In this document: in pieces, positions 35,301-43,572 of the stretch
How positions within the stretch are numbered: position 1 is the first letter of the stretch
How the letters are laid out: each line of letters starts with the position of its first letter
Source of the DNA: Octopus bimaculoides
Lineage: Eukaryota
DNA: 49,535 nucleotides
Assembly: GCF_001194135.2 (NCBI RefSeq)
Contig: NC_068981.1
Location: 119,542,069 to 119,591,603 of the forward strand
Direction of reading: 5' to 3'
The notes under the pieces: generated by a model
The model's input: only the letters and a program-made list of their open reading frames with translations
The model's database searches: none
What the model was told of the DNA's origin: nothing
Program-made: the position numbers and the translations under genes

Positions 35301-36339
35301 TGCTCTTCCTAACATCAACCACTCCCCAGAGTGGACTGAGTGCAAGTGAGGTCAGTTTTGGCATGGATTTTACTGCTGGATGCCCTTCCAAATGCCAACC
35401 ACTTTACAGTGTGAACTGGATGCTTTTTATGTGGCACCAGTACTGGCAGGGCCAGCAAGTAAATTGCAAGACAAGGAATTTTGAAAGGAGAGAGGGGATC
35501 TTGTGTCAGATAATAAAAAGTTAGAGACTGAGGCAAAAATGGGTGTCTTGCTATAGAGGAAGGGGCATTGGAGGAGGTGATCTTGTGTCAGATGATGAAA
35601 GGTTAGTGTGAGAAAGAAACAGAGAGGCAGAAACAAGTGTCTTGATATGTGTATGTGTGTGTATAGCAAGACACCTCCTCTATATTTTATTGTTAGATTA
35701 ATCTGTTGCTATTATTCTTAATATGGTGGTGTTTACATTTCAGGTGGAATCCTAACCAATAAAGCTTCTTTTGGTGATAAACTACCAAATCCTGGAGACA
35801 AGACACACCAGAGGAAGCCATCTGAAGACTTGACCAAGATCAATGTATCATCTGCACAAACTGAGACTTCTAAGGACTCTAAAGTAACAAGTTCAAAGAG
35901 TGAAGAGACTAACAGTGAAGTAGATTCTGGTAAAGTTGTTGACTCAACCTCTTCCAATCTTCCTGACCTTGTGCAACAGCAGTGCAATTTGAATACATCT
36001 GATGCCACAGGTGAAGCCCAGGTTGAGAGCCGAAGTCGATCCGGTTCGGGCTCTTCTTCCAAAAGCATTGGTACTGCAGGTGGGAGCAGTGGTGCAACCT
36101 CAATGAGTAATTCACCCCAACATATTGGCAGTAGTCAGCAGAAAGATATACCACTCTCTTTGGCTCAGCTGCAAAATCCTAATACTTTTACACTTGAACT
36201 GACAGCTGGACGTAAAAAGATTACAAAATCAAGTTTCACAAATAAAACCACATCAATTACAGATAGCATGAATGACCCAGATGATCCTCTTAGTTCACTT
36301 GACCCTCTTTGGTCTATTAAGAAAAAAGAAGACTCTTAA
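446..36339 (+). CDS. PTPN23: HD-PTP / tyrosine-protein phosphatase non-receptor type 23 orthologue, 5'-partial, 18 coding exons (about 1,980 codons in window)
   Basis: The spliced translation follows the recalled human HD-PTP order: V domain (LERCAAISARP; LHKAMNAHVANLKLISGPL; EEQLKKHD; SYDVYEDL), RPAAPKP, Q/P-rich region, PTP domain (KNRDPDIMPYDDSRV, DYINAS, IATQFP, DFWIMVYEQ, WPVSG, VHCSNGVGRTG) and C-terminal DPLSSLDPLW. All introns are GT-AG with consistent phases. Confidence 0.96.
1062..1177. repeat. (TA)n microsatellites
   Basis: Directly visible. Confidence 0.95.
1208..1299 (+). CDS. PTPN23: PTPN23 exon 2 (LSGFATEVEMGIKEVKELIEKEIKAEEEFE)
   Basis: tgtag| acceptor and |gtaag donor; phase 1 to 0. 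Confidence 0.92.
1425..1765 (+). mobile_element. RTE-type LINE 3' end with (GAT)n tail
   Basis: Encodes the relic DFW*FVVLEK followed by a 3'UTR-like block. Related blocks recur at about 4590-4740, 23575-23770, 25460-25640, 33305-33438, 35170-35660 and 41290-41610 (all minus) and 45830-46067 (plus). Confidence 0.6.
2344..2725 (-). mobile_element. tRNA-derived SINE (family A), full length
   Basis: Reverse complement has an A box (TGGCCCAGTGG), a B box (GGTTTCGATTCC) and a (CAA)n tail. TSD-like TGTAATCAGTATT at 2331-2343 and 2730-2742. Same family as 24703-25079. Confidence 0.88.
3153..3366 (+). mobile_element. tRNA-derived SINE (family M; possibly MetaSINE-type central domain)
   Basis: GAGGTTGACTTTGCCTTTCATCCTTTTGGAGTCGATAAATTAAGTACC core that recurs many times in the window. 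The superfamily label is from memory. Confidence 0.75.
4267..4471 (+). CDS. PTPN23: PTPN23 exon 3 (KTFGKRPP...LHKAMNAHVANLKLISGPL...SIK)
   Basis: ctcag| and |gtaagt; phase 0 to 1; resembles the recalled human LHRAMNLHVGNLRLLSGPL. Confidence 0.95.
4810..5190. repeat. Compound (CA)n microsatellite
   Basis: Directly visible; source of several spurious ORFs. Confidence 0.95.
5398..5555 (+). CDS. PTPN23: PTPN23 exon 4 (PEEEAVQKELKKLLAKVDEMKSQR...EANKQ)
   Basis: attag| and cag|gttat; phase 1 to 0. Absent from the ORF track. Confidence 0.94.
5918..6102. mobile_element. piggyBac-like MITE, degraded
   Basis: Homologous to 14233-14423 and 33010-33229; degenerate CCCTTTAGCATT...AATGxTAAAGGG ends. Confidence 0.55.
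7159..7310 (+). CDS. PTPN23: PTPN23 exon 5 (EIFEEQLKKHD...QNLAAQENILRALTNANA...)
   Basis: tccag| and |gtaagt; phase 0 to 2. Absent from the ORF track. Confidence 0.95.
7514..7641. mobile_element. Tc1/mariner-type MITE (128 bp)
   Basis: About 29-bp TIRs, CAGGGTGTCCACAAAGTCTGGGTACATGG and CCATGTAGCCAGACTTTGTGTTCACTCTG (4 mismatches), with TA on both sides. Confidence 0.8.
8699..8892 (+). CDS. PTPN23: PTPN23 exon 6 (end of V domain; SYDVYEDLLAKSHKGLEFY)
   Basis: tttag| and |gtaagt; phase 2 to 1. Confidence 0.95.
8990..9290 (-). mobile_element. RTE LINE 3' fragment, degraded
   Basis: Minus-strand relic (DDS*VTKCQMIQQEGT*RRERLKKT) resembles the RTE ORF C-terminus also seen at 19559-19867. Confidence 0.55.
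9310..9720 (+). mobile_element. RTE LINE reverse-transcriptase fragment
   Basis: NYRGIKLLDQV; TDVLYLVRQLQ; DLEKIFDRVP; LGKLRVDEWLVR. Confidence 0.85.
10167..10462 (+). CDS. PTPN23: PTPN23 exon 7 (STPSRPAAPKP...QGTQ; start of proline-rich region)
   Basis: ttcag| and cag|gtatgt; phase 1 to 0. Confidence 0.92.
10563..10925 (+). CDS. PTPN23: PTPN23 exon 8 (SADTQQ...ANVQ; low complexity, symmetric phase 0/0)
   Basis: Polypyrimidine ttgcag| acceptor, cag|gtagg donor and a 121-codon open frame. Supported by splice signals and composition, not by recognisable homology. Confidence 0.75.
11674..11990 (+). mobile_element. tRNA-derived SINE with CORE-like segment (family C)
   Basis: A box TGGCTGTGTGG, B box GGTTCAGTCC, then ACCTTGGGCAAG. 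Inverted homologues lie at 23810-23986, 28060-28378 and 43780-43941. Confidence 0.8.
12086..12411 (-). mobile_element. tRNA-derived SINE (family B: CORE-like body with family A 3' tail)
   Basis: Minus-strand head, then GTGTCCTTGAGCAAGAC body, then the same roughly 190-nt 3' tail as family A. Second copy at 30330-30620. Confidence 0.8.
14233..14423. mobile_element. piggyBac-like MITE
   Basis: CCCTTTAGCATTTAGA...AAACAGTAAAGGG followed by TTAA; left flank TTAG. Confidence 0.6.
14825..16318 (+). CDS. PTPN23: PTPN23 exon 9 (DPANFPNASRV...QPPAMSSSA; Q/P/H/Y-rich; contains N gap 15856-16101)
   Basis: ttcag| acceptor (phase 0) and g|gtgagt donor (phase 1). The frame after the gap must be re-set to QLPPQHQPQAQP (codons from 16102). 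Confidence 0.88.
15779..16210 (+). repeat. Coding minisatellite: 24-nt (PQAQPQLP) units before the gap and 36-nt (QLPPQHQPQAQP) units after it
   Basis: At least 3 near-perfect units are visible on each side of the N gap. Confidence 0.9.
16790..17510 (+). mobile_element. RTE LINE RT fragment, degraded
   Basis: Relic reading EEFNVQVGVSQGSVITPLLFIIV, with a downstream YLG-like segment. Confidence 0.75.
17772..19240 (+). CDS. PTPN23: PTPN23 exon 10 (Q-rich region to DDILSSSPE...DPYQDK...LDSIWK)
   Basis: tttag| and |gtaatt; phase 1 to 0. The 3' end resembles the recalled human DLLSSSPE...DPYEH...LDTVWREL. Confidence 0.93.
19555..19890 (-). mobile_element. RTE LINE ORF C-terminus
   Basis: RRLHWFGHVMRM...GRRKPKK...DIWYFAVLKK. 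Confidence 0.85.
20241..20325. repeat. (CT)n and (CA)n microsatellites
   Basis: Directly visible. Confidence 0.95.
20273..21510 (+). mobile_element. Tc1-like DNA transposon, full-length relic with inactivated transposase (about 20426-21419)
   Basis: Disrupted but recognisable: RAARRKPLL; WDTVIFSG*SRF; LQPTMKHGDYSVMVWG; PS*SSDMNPIEYLW; SMPSRVLALKNVKGMSTKY. TA at 20271-20272 and 21511-21512. TIR cores GTAAATAGTCACCC and GGGTGTCTATTTAC. Confidence 0.9.
23110..23320 (+). mobile_element. CR1/L2-like LINE 3' end with (ATT)n tail
   Basis: Reverse-complement homologue of 29725-29930. Confidence 0.6.
24515..24611 (+). CDS. PTPN23: PTPN23 exon 11 (ELCDEQEKD...KNRDPDIMP)
   Basis: tgcag| and |gtaag; phase 0 to 1; PTP motif 1 (KNR). 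Confidence 0.95.
24703..25079 (+). mobile_element. tRNA-derived SINE (family A), full length
   Basis: A and B boxes, (CAA)n tail, and a perfect 14-bp TSD ATTCTTACCTGTCA at 24689-24702 and 25080-25093. Confidence 0.92.
26540..26850. mobile_element. hAT (Charlie-like) MITE, 311 bp
   Basis: TIRs CAGGGGTTCTCAAC and GTTGAGAACCCTTG (1 mismatch); 8-bp TSD GGCTAAAT / GGCTAGAT. Confidence 0.85.
26906..26970 (+). CDS. PTPN23: PTPN23 exon 12 (YDDSRVLLTSQKDDYINASWLD)
   Basis: tccag| and |gtaagt; phase 1 to 0; DYINAS motif. Absent from the ORF track. Confidence 0.95.
28060..28378 (-). mobile_element. SINE family C
   Basis: Reverse complement of the 11674-11990 type; abuts the N gap. Confidence 0.8.
28518..28655 (+). 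CDS. PTPN23: PTPN23 exon 13 (ELVLSCPKFIATQFP...DFWIMVYEQ...EEGK)
   Basis: tctag| and aag|gtaaac; phase 0 to 0. Confidence 0.95.
29457..29585 (+). CDS. PTPN23: PTPN23 exon 14 (KYPNYWPTEKGQVIFHGPI...THSE)
   Basis: ttcag| and gag|gtaag; phase 0 to 0; YWP motif. Confidence 0.95.
29725..30150 (-). mobile_element. CR1/L2-like LINE 3' fragment
   Basis: Minus-strand relic DLVDTYMII...CGHAYKIK...FF resembles the CR1-type ORF2 C-terminus, followed by a 3'UTR shared with 23110-23320. Confidence 0.65.
30330..30620 (-). mobile_element. SINE family B
   Basis: Homologous to 12086-12411. Confidence 0.78.
31859..31911 (+). CDS. PTPN23: PTPN23 exon 15 (53 nt; TKQARTIVHLQYRNWPV)
   Basis: attag| and cag|gtatac; phase 0 to 2; carries the WPD-loop equivalent. 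Absent from the ORF track. Confidence 0.93.
32175..32870. repeat. 20-bp polypyrimidine minisatellite (CTCTCTTTCCCCTGCTCCCT)n spanning N gap 32284-32747
   Basis: Units are directly visible on both sides of the gap. Confidence 0.92.
33010..33229. mobile_element. piggyBac-like MITE
   Basis: TTAA|CCCTTTATCATTCAGA...TTTAAATGCTGAAGAG|TTAA; TTAA at 33006-33009 and 33230-33233. Confidence 0.65.
33637..33741 (+). CDS. PTPN23: PTPN23 exon 16 (GFPEKIPYLLQFIAEV...PVIVHC)
   Basis: tctag| and cag|gtaag; phase 2 to 2. Confidence 0.95.
34564..34763 (+). CDS. PTPN23: PTPN23 exon 17 (NGVGRTGTF...EQLKYCYDTILYHAEDLLMK)
   Basis: cttag| and |gtaag; phase 2 to 1; completes the P-loop HCSNGVGR. Confidence 0.96.
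35744..36339 (+). CDS. PTPN23: PTPN23 terminal coding exon (GILTNK...DPLSSLDPLWSIKKKEDS*)
   Basis: ttcag| acceptor in phase 1, open to TAA at 36337-36339; conserved C-terminal motif. Confidence 0.93.
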
Positions 36340-36364
36340 TATTATTATTATTATCATTAATATT

Positions 36365-36614
36365 ATTAGTGCGGTGGAGTGCAGAATTAGTAGTGTGGCG
36401 GACAAAATGCTTTGCAGTATTTAGTTACGTCCCTTTGTGTTCTGATTTCACATCCACCAATGTTGACATTGCCTTTTCTTCCTTCAATGGGGAGGTTTGC
36501 TAAAATAATTACCAGTGATATACTGGTGGTCGATTCAGTCATTGACTGTACCCTCTCCCTCAAAGTTTGTGGCCTTGTGTCACAGTTAGCAGTCACCAGT
36601 TATCATCCTCATCA

Positions 36615-36654
<40 letters not shown>

Positions 36655-39356
36655 CCCTATCTAATTTTTGTTCCCTTTATATTTAATTCTCTGCTCATTT
36701 GTAATGGATTGCTTTCCTCTCTCTTGAAGAAACTATGAAAGTTTGTTCAATGTTATTGTTGCACTGATCTTTTCCATTCCCCCTCTATCTATGTCTCCGT
36801 TTTTATTCCTACACAGAATTGGTTTTATGCCAACTTATCCATGGACACTGATAAGTTGAGTAATTAAAACAATTAGACTATAAATTAGGATATTATGTAT
36901 ATATTAAATCATTTATTGCTTCCCTAAACTGTTAATTTCTTATTTAATGTAATTTATTTTACAATTATTTTGACATTTTTTTCCATCTTTTTAGGGGTCA
37001 TTAAAATAAGTCAACTGTTTTGTCTCCAAAATTTCTGGGTTGTGCTGATTTCAGAAACCACCACCATTATCATCATTATTATTATTAATTATTATTATTA
37101 TTATTATGGAGATTGATAAGTGGTAGAATACTAAACAAAATGTATTTTGGTATTCAGTTACATTCTTTCACATTCTCAGTTTAAATTCTGTTGGTTTCAA
37201 CTATACCTCTCGTTATTCTGGGTACTCATAGAATAAGTACCAATCAAGATTTGGGTGTGGGGACAGTTTAATCAACCATACTCTCCCATTAAAATGTCCT
37301 TGTACCTATACTATGGCTGTGTCTCTTTGTTTTGAATTCAAATCTTGTCTAGGTCACTTTTGCCTTCCATCCTTCTGTAGTTGATTAATGTAAGTCAAGT
37401 ACCAGTCACGTACCAACTGAGGGTTGATATAATTAGCAATATTTTACTTCAGAATGTGTGGTCTTGTGCCTAGGTTAGAAATTCATATTCTTGTTCTTTT
37501 GGTAAAGGTTATATTTTAACATTAAAATTCTGGGCAAACTGAGTCCACAATTCCTTGTTGGAAATATTTCATTAGTGTCACTAAGGTATAAAATCATAAC
37601 TCCTTACCCATTCATCCATATAAGTTTTAGCTCATATCCTATAAGTTTTAGACTTCAGACTTGTGTTTAATACTTATTGTTATTGTGAGATACAATGGAA
37701 AAGTTAGTATGATTCTGAAACTTATCTTGAAATCAAGTTATTATTCTCTGGCTTGCATTGTGTTTATATGCACAGTGCTAACTCGGTTGGTCTGATGTTT
37801 CAATGAAACAAAATAAGAACTTAGAAGATAAAAATATCATTGTAAATAGTGATGATGATAATAATTTCTTTCTTTGGCACTACACCACAATTTTGTAAGG
37901 GAGGATTAGTTTCTTACATTGACCCCCAGCAAACGAATGGAGCTAATTTTATTGACTCTGGGAGAATGAAAACCAACCAATCAACTTTTGTATAATTTGG
38001 CTTTGATTTTTCATTTTCCTAGGGTTAATAATAAAAAAAAACAAAAAGTGGTAGTCAAGTTAATCAAACTACATTTCTTTCCATCCAAAAAATCTTTTGC
38101 GTTGTGCTATTTATGGAATAATGTTATCAGAACGTGAGATAAAATGTCTTAACAGGATTTAGTTCTATTCCTTTACATTCTGACTTCAAGATTCCTGGAG
38201 TTGATTTTTTTTATCCTGATGATAAAATATTGATAAAATAAGTATCAATGAAGTAGGTAATGAATAAATGAAGATTTCTGGTCTTGTGCTGATGTTAAAA
38301 ATCATTAAGTTCATATCCTATGGAGATCAAACTTTAACTTTCTTCCTTCTGGGCTCAATATGATAAAGTACCAGTCAACTACTTGAGTCAATTTAATCAA
38401 TAACCCAACCCTCACAAACGTTTAGGCCTTGTACCTGGGAAGAGAGGGAGAGAGAAGAGGTGAAAGAGTGGAATATTATTATTATTATTATAATCAAGGG
38501 TGGTGGACTGGCAGATTTATTAGAACATTGGGCAGAAAGTTTTGTGGCATTTGTTTTGGATTTTGGTACCCTGAGTTCAAATCCCTGTGAGATCAACTTT
38601 GCCTTTCATCCTTCCAGTATCAATATAACAAAATAGCAACCAAGTACTGGTCAGCACAAAATACCAGTCAAATTCTGGGGTTGAGAATTAGCTATTCCTT
38701 TCTGCACTAAATTTCTGGCTTTGTGCTGTTGTTACCATTTATTTCTAAAACTGGTAAGGCACTGGAGTAATCACTTACTGAGTTCAAATACTGCTGGAGT
38801 AAACTAAACTTTTCACCCTTCTGGGGTTGATTAAAAAATAAAGAAAGTATTGGTTGATTATTTTATTGATCTCAGTATTTGACTAGAATTACCTACAAAA
38901 AATTGTGGTCTTGTATGTATATTAAAATTGCTTCTAGGGCTTACAAAATTGTCAGAGCATTGAACAACATGGTTTAGTAGAATTTGACCTCAGAATGTAG
39001 AGAGCTGGAGCAAATAATACACGGTCAACTTTGACTTTTGTCCTTCAGGGTAGGGTGATAAAATACTAGTCAAATACTGAGCTTAGTACAATCAACTGTT
39101 CCCTTTCCTCAAATTTTTGACCTTGTGTATGTGTAGAAATTATTATTAAGGTGGTGAGCCAGCAAAATTGTTAGCACACCGGGTGAAATGCTTAGTGGCA
39201 TTTTGTGTCTTTGTTTTGAGTTCAAATTCTGTTGAGGTTGACTTTGCTCTTCATCCTTTTGTAGTCAATAAAATAAATACCAGTTGAGCACTGAGATCAA
39301 TGTAATCGACTTCGCCTCTCCCCCAAACTTGCTGGTCTTGTACCAAAATTTGAAAC

Positions 39357-39387
<31 letters not shown>

Positions 39388-39790
39388 GTTTCCAAGGTTG
39401 ATTTGGAAGATGCAGTGGTCATGATCTAAGTACTGTGTTGTATTTAGGTATGTCCTTTTACAATCTCAGATCAATGTCTGCCAAGATCAGTCTTGCTTTT
39501 AATTGTACTAGGATTAATTAAATAAATACCACTTAAATGCTGAGCTCCATATAATTGACTAACACTTTCCCCAAAATTGTTGGCCTTGTGCTTAATTTAG
39601 AAAGTAACGGTGGTGGATTTGCCAAATTGTTTGAACATATAATACAAGATATTTTGTCTGACACAGTTAAACTTTGCCATTTCATCATTTTGGTTTGATA
39701 AAATATGTATCAGTTGAACCCTGAGATCAATATAATCAATTTACTTTCTTCCCTGAAATTGCTGGTCTTGTGTTGAAAATTGAAACCATT
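36365..39790 (+). mobile_element. Cluster of about 12 diverged family-M SINE copies separated by (TTA)n tracts, just downstream of the PTPN23 stop
   Basis: The GAGTTCAAAT..TTTGCCTTTCATCC..AGTACCAG..GGCCTTGTG motif set recurs. One inverted copy at about 37876-37985. Confidence 0.75.
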
Positions 39791-41899
39791 ATTTTCATTT
39801 TCCTTGATCATTTATGCCTGCTTCTTATTGCCTAGCAACTGTACAAACTTGAGAAAAGAGATGTAACTTTACTAGTGTGGGGAAAATAGATATGTAAAAC
39901 AATGAAAATTATTTTTCTGCTTGTTACTTGTTGCATATGCACGTGTTAATGATACATAGATTATTTCATAAAATTACTTTGAGAAACTGCAGGATGACTA
40001 GTTAACGCCAACAGTCTGAACAATTATTATTCTGAAAGTTTGTGTTAGTTTACTTTTGGTGAGTTTTGTAGAAGTAGTGTTTTTCTTTTTTTATACTTCT
40101 GATAGATGGTTGCAGCCATTTGATTTTAGTCCTTAGGTATTGGGTTATTGAGTACAAGTTCTAGCCAGCCATTGTGGTGTGTGCTTGGACAAAGATGTAA
40201 CACTCTGCTTTAGTCTGGTTGGCTGAGAAACAGATTTACTCCAATCTATGGCTGAGTGTTTTAGGTACAAGGCTAGCAATTTAGAAGGGAGAGCCAAGTT
40301 AATATGAAGAAACTAAAGTACTTAACTTTTTATCCCTCCCAAAATTGATACAATAAAGTTGACTTCAGTGGTATTTGAACTTCGATCATAAAGCCAGAAG
40401 CAATACTGCAAAGCTTTCTTAAAATCTTTTTTTGAATGATGCTCAGATGATTCTGCCAGTTTGCTGCCTTAATAACTTGCTTCACTAGCATGCCAAATGA
40501 TATATAAATTTGCAAACCTGTCGTACCCATTTACTAGCATGGGGAAATATAAAACACAACAAAAAGGAACAAGTGAAAAAAACGTTTGTTTAATGCTATT
40601 TGTTTTAACTATTCCACAATTGTATTTTATGCTTTAAATAAAAAAACAAAACAATGTAACATTTAAGTGAAGCTACTTTGGGCATTTGTTAAGCTACTGG
40701 GTTGTTGTGTTGTTGGAGTTATTGTTTTTATGTGGGGTTTTAAATAAATTTGTGAAAAATGTAATAGCAGGCATTTCATGGTGTAATAAACCTTAGTACA
40801 TAATTTTATGGTCCTAGCTGATGAGAGAAGAGGTGCTTGTGCATGCAGGTAGGCTTGTTACTTAACCTGCAACAGGCTGTGACCTCCTTGACAAAATCCT
40901 GAGTGGAGTGTGGAATTTCTCTTAATTTAAAACCTTGAAACTATAATCAAGCACCAGCCCATAAATGGGACTGTCTTCTTTGAGTTTGGAGATAGTAAAG
41001 ACATTTAGCAGCTACTTGGCTAGAGAAAGTGTATGAAATTGGAAAGGAAAGCCTTGCTATGATAATATACAAAACAAATCTTCTACAATAAACAAAATTG
41101 TACATAACTTTGGACAGCAAGGTATCCATAATGTACAGTTTTAAGCTTCTGTTAAATTCCACAAAAAATCTCAAAGCTGTGTCATGGTGGGATTTAATTC
41201 TAGCTATGTTTATTAATCAAATAGTTACCTAATTGTACAATGCTTGCAACAAAGGTCGTTGTAAACTGTACCACTTCCAACTTCTTTTCATCATCATTTA
41301 ATATCCATTTTTCTTTTCAATCTCGCATGAGTCGAACAGTTTGACTGGGTTTGATGTTACGTCTGACCGCAGTGTCAGCGTTGGGCGGTTTCTTTTTCTA
41401 ATGCAAACCATTTTACAGTGTGTACTGGGTGCATTTATTTGTGGCTCAAGTGAGGCTGCAAAACCAAATTAAGAAACAAGCCCTCCTCAGCTGAATAGGA
41501 ATGTATTTGAGAGATAGGGAGATGGCTTTGTGTCAGATATAGAAAGATAAAATACGATATGACAAGTGCAGGTGTTTTACTATAGAGGAGGTACATGGCT
41601 ACTCCATGTTCTGCAAGAGTGGGTGAGAGAAGTTGTAAGGGAATTTTATTTTTTTCAATTTTTGTTTTTTATAATGAAACTTATAATACAGTATAATCCA
41701 AAAGTGCAGTATGAACTCACAACCTTTGAGACCAGTCGTTAAATACTGTAATAACTACATGAACAGCAAGCAGCCTTCCTGGAATGGTTGAAAAAAGACT
41801 CTTTTCAAATTGGAACCACAGGATGGGCTTGGTCAACAGTGTAATTGGTATGTTTTATTTATTTTAAGGTAGGAAGCAGAGCAGTGTTCATGATCAATG

Positions 41900-43000
41900 T
41901 AATTGATATTGAGTTTGAACACTTATAGGTCAATATCTTTAGGAAAAATAGATAGAATGGTAATGACTGGGTTAGATTTCTTGGAAATAAGGGATTTGTT
42001 CAGTTATGGGTCTTACCTTCAGAGTAAATGTGACGGTTGTTATATCACATCCCCATTATTTGTGGAGGTCAGTTTGTATGCCTGGTGTGAGGTGTCCAGG
42101 TTGCATATGGATGGCTTTTGTGTGTTGGAGAAGATTAAAGAGGAATAAAGGGTGGAATCATCTCCATTAGAGAGGGTCTCATCTGCATGCTGCAACAATC
42201 CAGTTTGAAAGATAATATCCTTATGAAAATGAGTAGAAACTTGATGTTAGTCTCATGTCAGAAATAACGGAAGACTTTGGTGATGTCAAATGAAGTGGCA
42301 TTGCTTTTGTGGAAGTTCTCATTGACAAGTAACTGTTGGTGAGTAACATAGGAGAGGTAGTCTTTAGAGGTTTATTTCTGTAGATGCCATACTGGGAGAT
42401 GGGAAAGATTAAAGAGATGTTTGAAGAGAGCAATAAATCAGTAGTTGAGAAGGATTACATTGTAGTGTGTTTCCAAAGTTTGCTACATATTCCTGTCTAA
42501 AGAGATTGGTGAGGATAGGATATAACTTCACATCATACTATTTGAAAGTGAGGAAGCTCTTGGGTTAAGTTTTTATATACAGCGACTGTGGACTTCGTGG
42601 TAGAGAGGAAAAGATAAAGTTTGAATACAGGCTGCATAGTTAGAGATGAAGCAAAAGGCAAATCATGGAGGTTTATCAGGAGTGCTACTGACAGATTTAT
42701 TTTGAGTGAGAATTGGTTGCTTACTGGATTTTGAGAAGTTGGTAGGAGATCCTTTTTTTGATCATTCTTTATGCAATTCTGCATAAAAGCTTATACTCTG
42801 TGTGATCCACGATGACATCTTTTGTATTCTGACAATTGTCTTGCAGGTGTTCATGTTCTTAAACTTGTTAATGAGTATGTGATTTCTTCCAGGGACCCAT
42901 AGCAGTATTTTCTGCCTTAACTACTATAAATTCCAGGAGCAAGACTGACCCCACAGATACTTTCGTTGACACGGAAAAATCCATAAAGGGGAAACTGTTC
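41900..43000 (-). mobile_element. CR1/Jockey-type LINE RT fragment, degraded
   Basis: Minus-strand relics SQYG(I)Y, FDITKVF, GDDSTLYSS (YADD-like) and QTDL..WG. Confidence 0.62.
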
Positions 43001-43362
43001 AGCAGACTTATTGTCATTCTTTGTATTATAAAATTTTATAACAGTGTTTGAAGTGCATGTGTTGCTAACTATATGATCAATTCTCTAAATATAGTTTCAC
43101 TTGGGCAGTCATAGTGATCTTCATGAGGAGTGAATCCTCATCAGGATCCTCCTCATTATTGAAGATTATCTGCATCCATCAGGTAATCCATGTGAAACTA
43201 TGGTATAAATTACTCATACTTCAGTAAACAACCTACACTATACATTCTACTAATTTTGTGCTAAAGCATGAATTACTTGTTGCTGGTGTTTATGTGTGTG
43301 AAGCACAGCACATGCACACATTGATTCATATAACAGTTACAATGCCTTTAAAGGTGTTAAGG

Positions 43363-43572
43363 CATTGAGGTGACAGAATTGTTAGCAGGCCGGGTGAAAT
43401 GCTTAGCAGTGTTTCATCCATTTCTAAGTTCTTAGTTCAAATTCTGCCAGAGTCAACTTTGCCTTTCGCCCTTTCAGGGTTGATAATATATGTACCAGTT
43501 GAGTGCTAGGGTAGTTGTAATTGACTTGACCCTCCCCCGAAATTTCTGGCCTTGTGCCAAACTTTGAAACCA
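43363..43572 (+). mobile_element. SINE family M
   Basis: Near full-length match to 3153-3366. Further minus-strand copies at about 40263-40470, 46230-46425 and 48362-48563. Confidence 0.8.
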
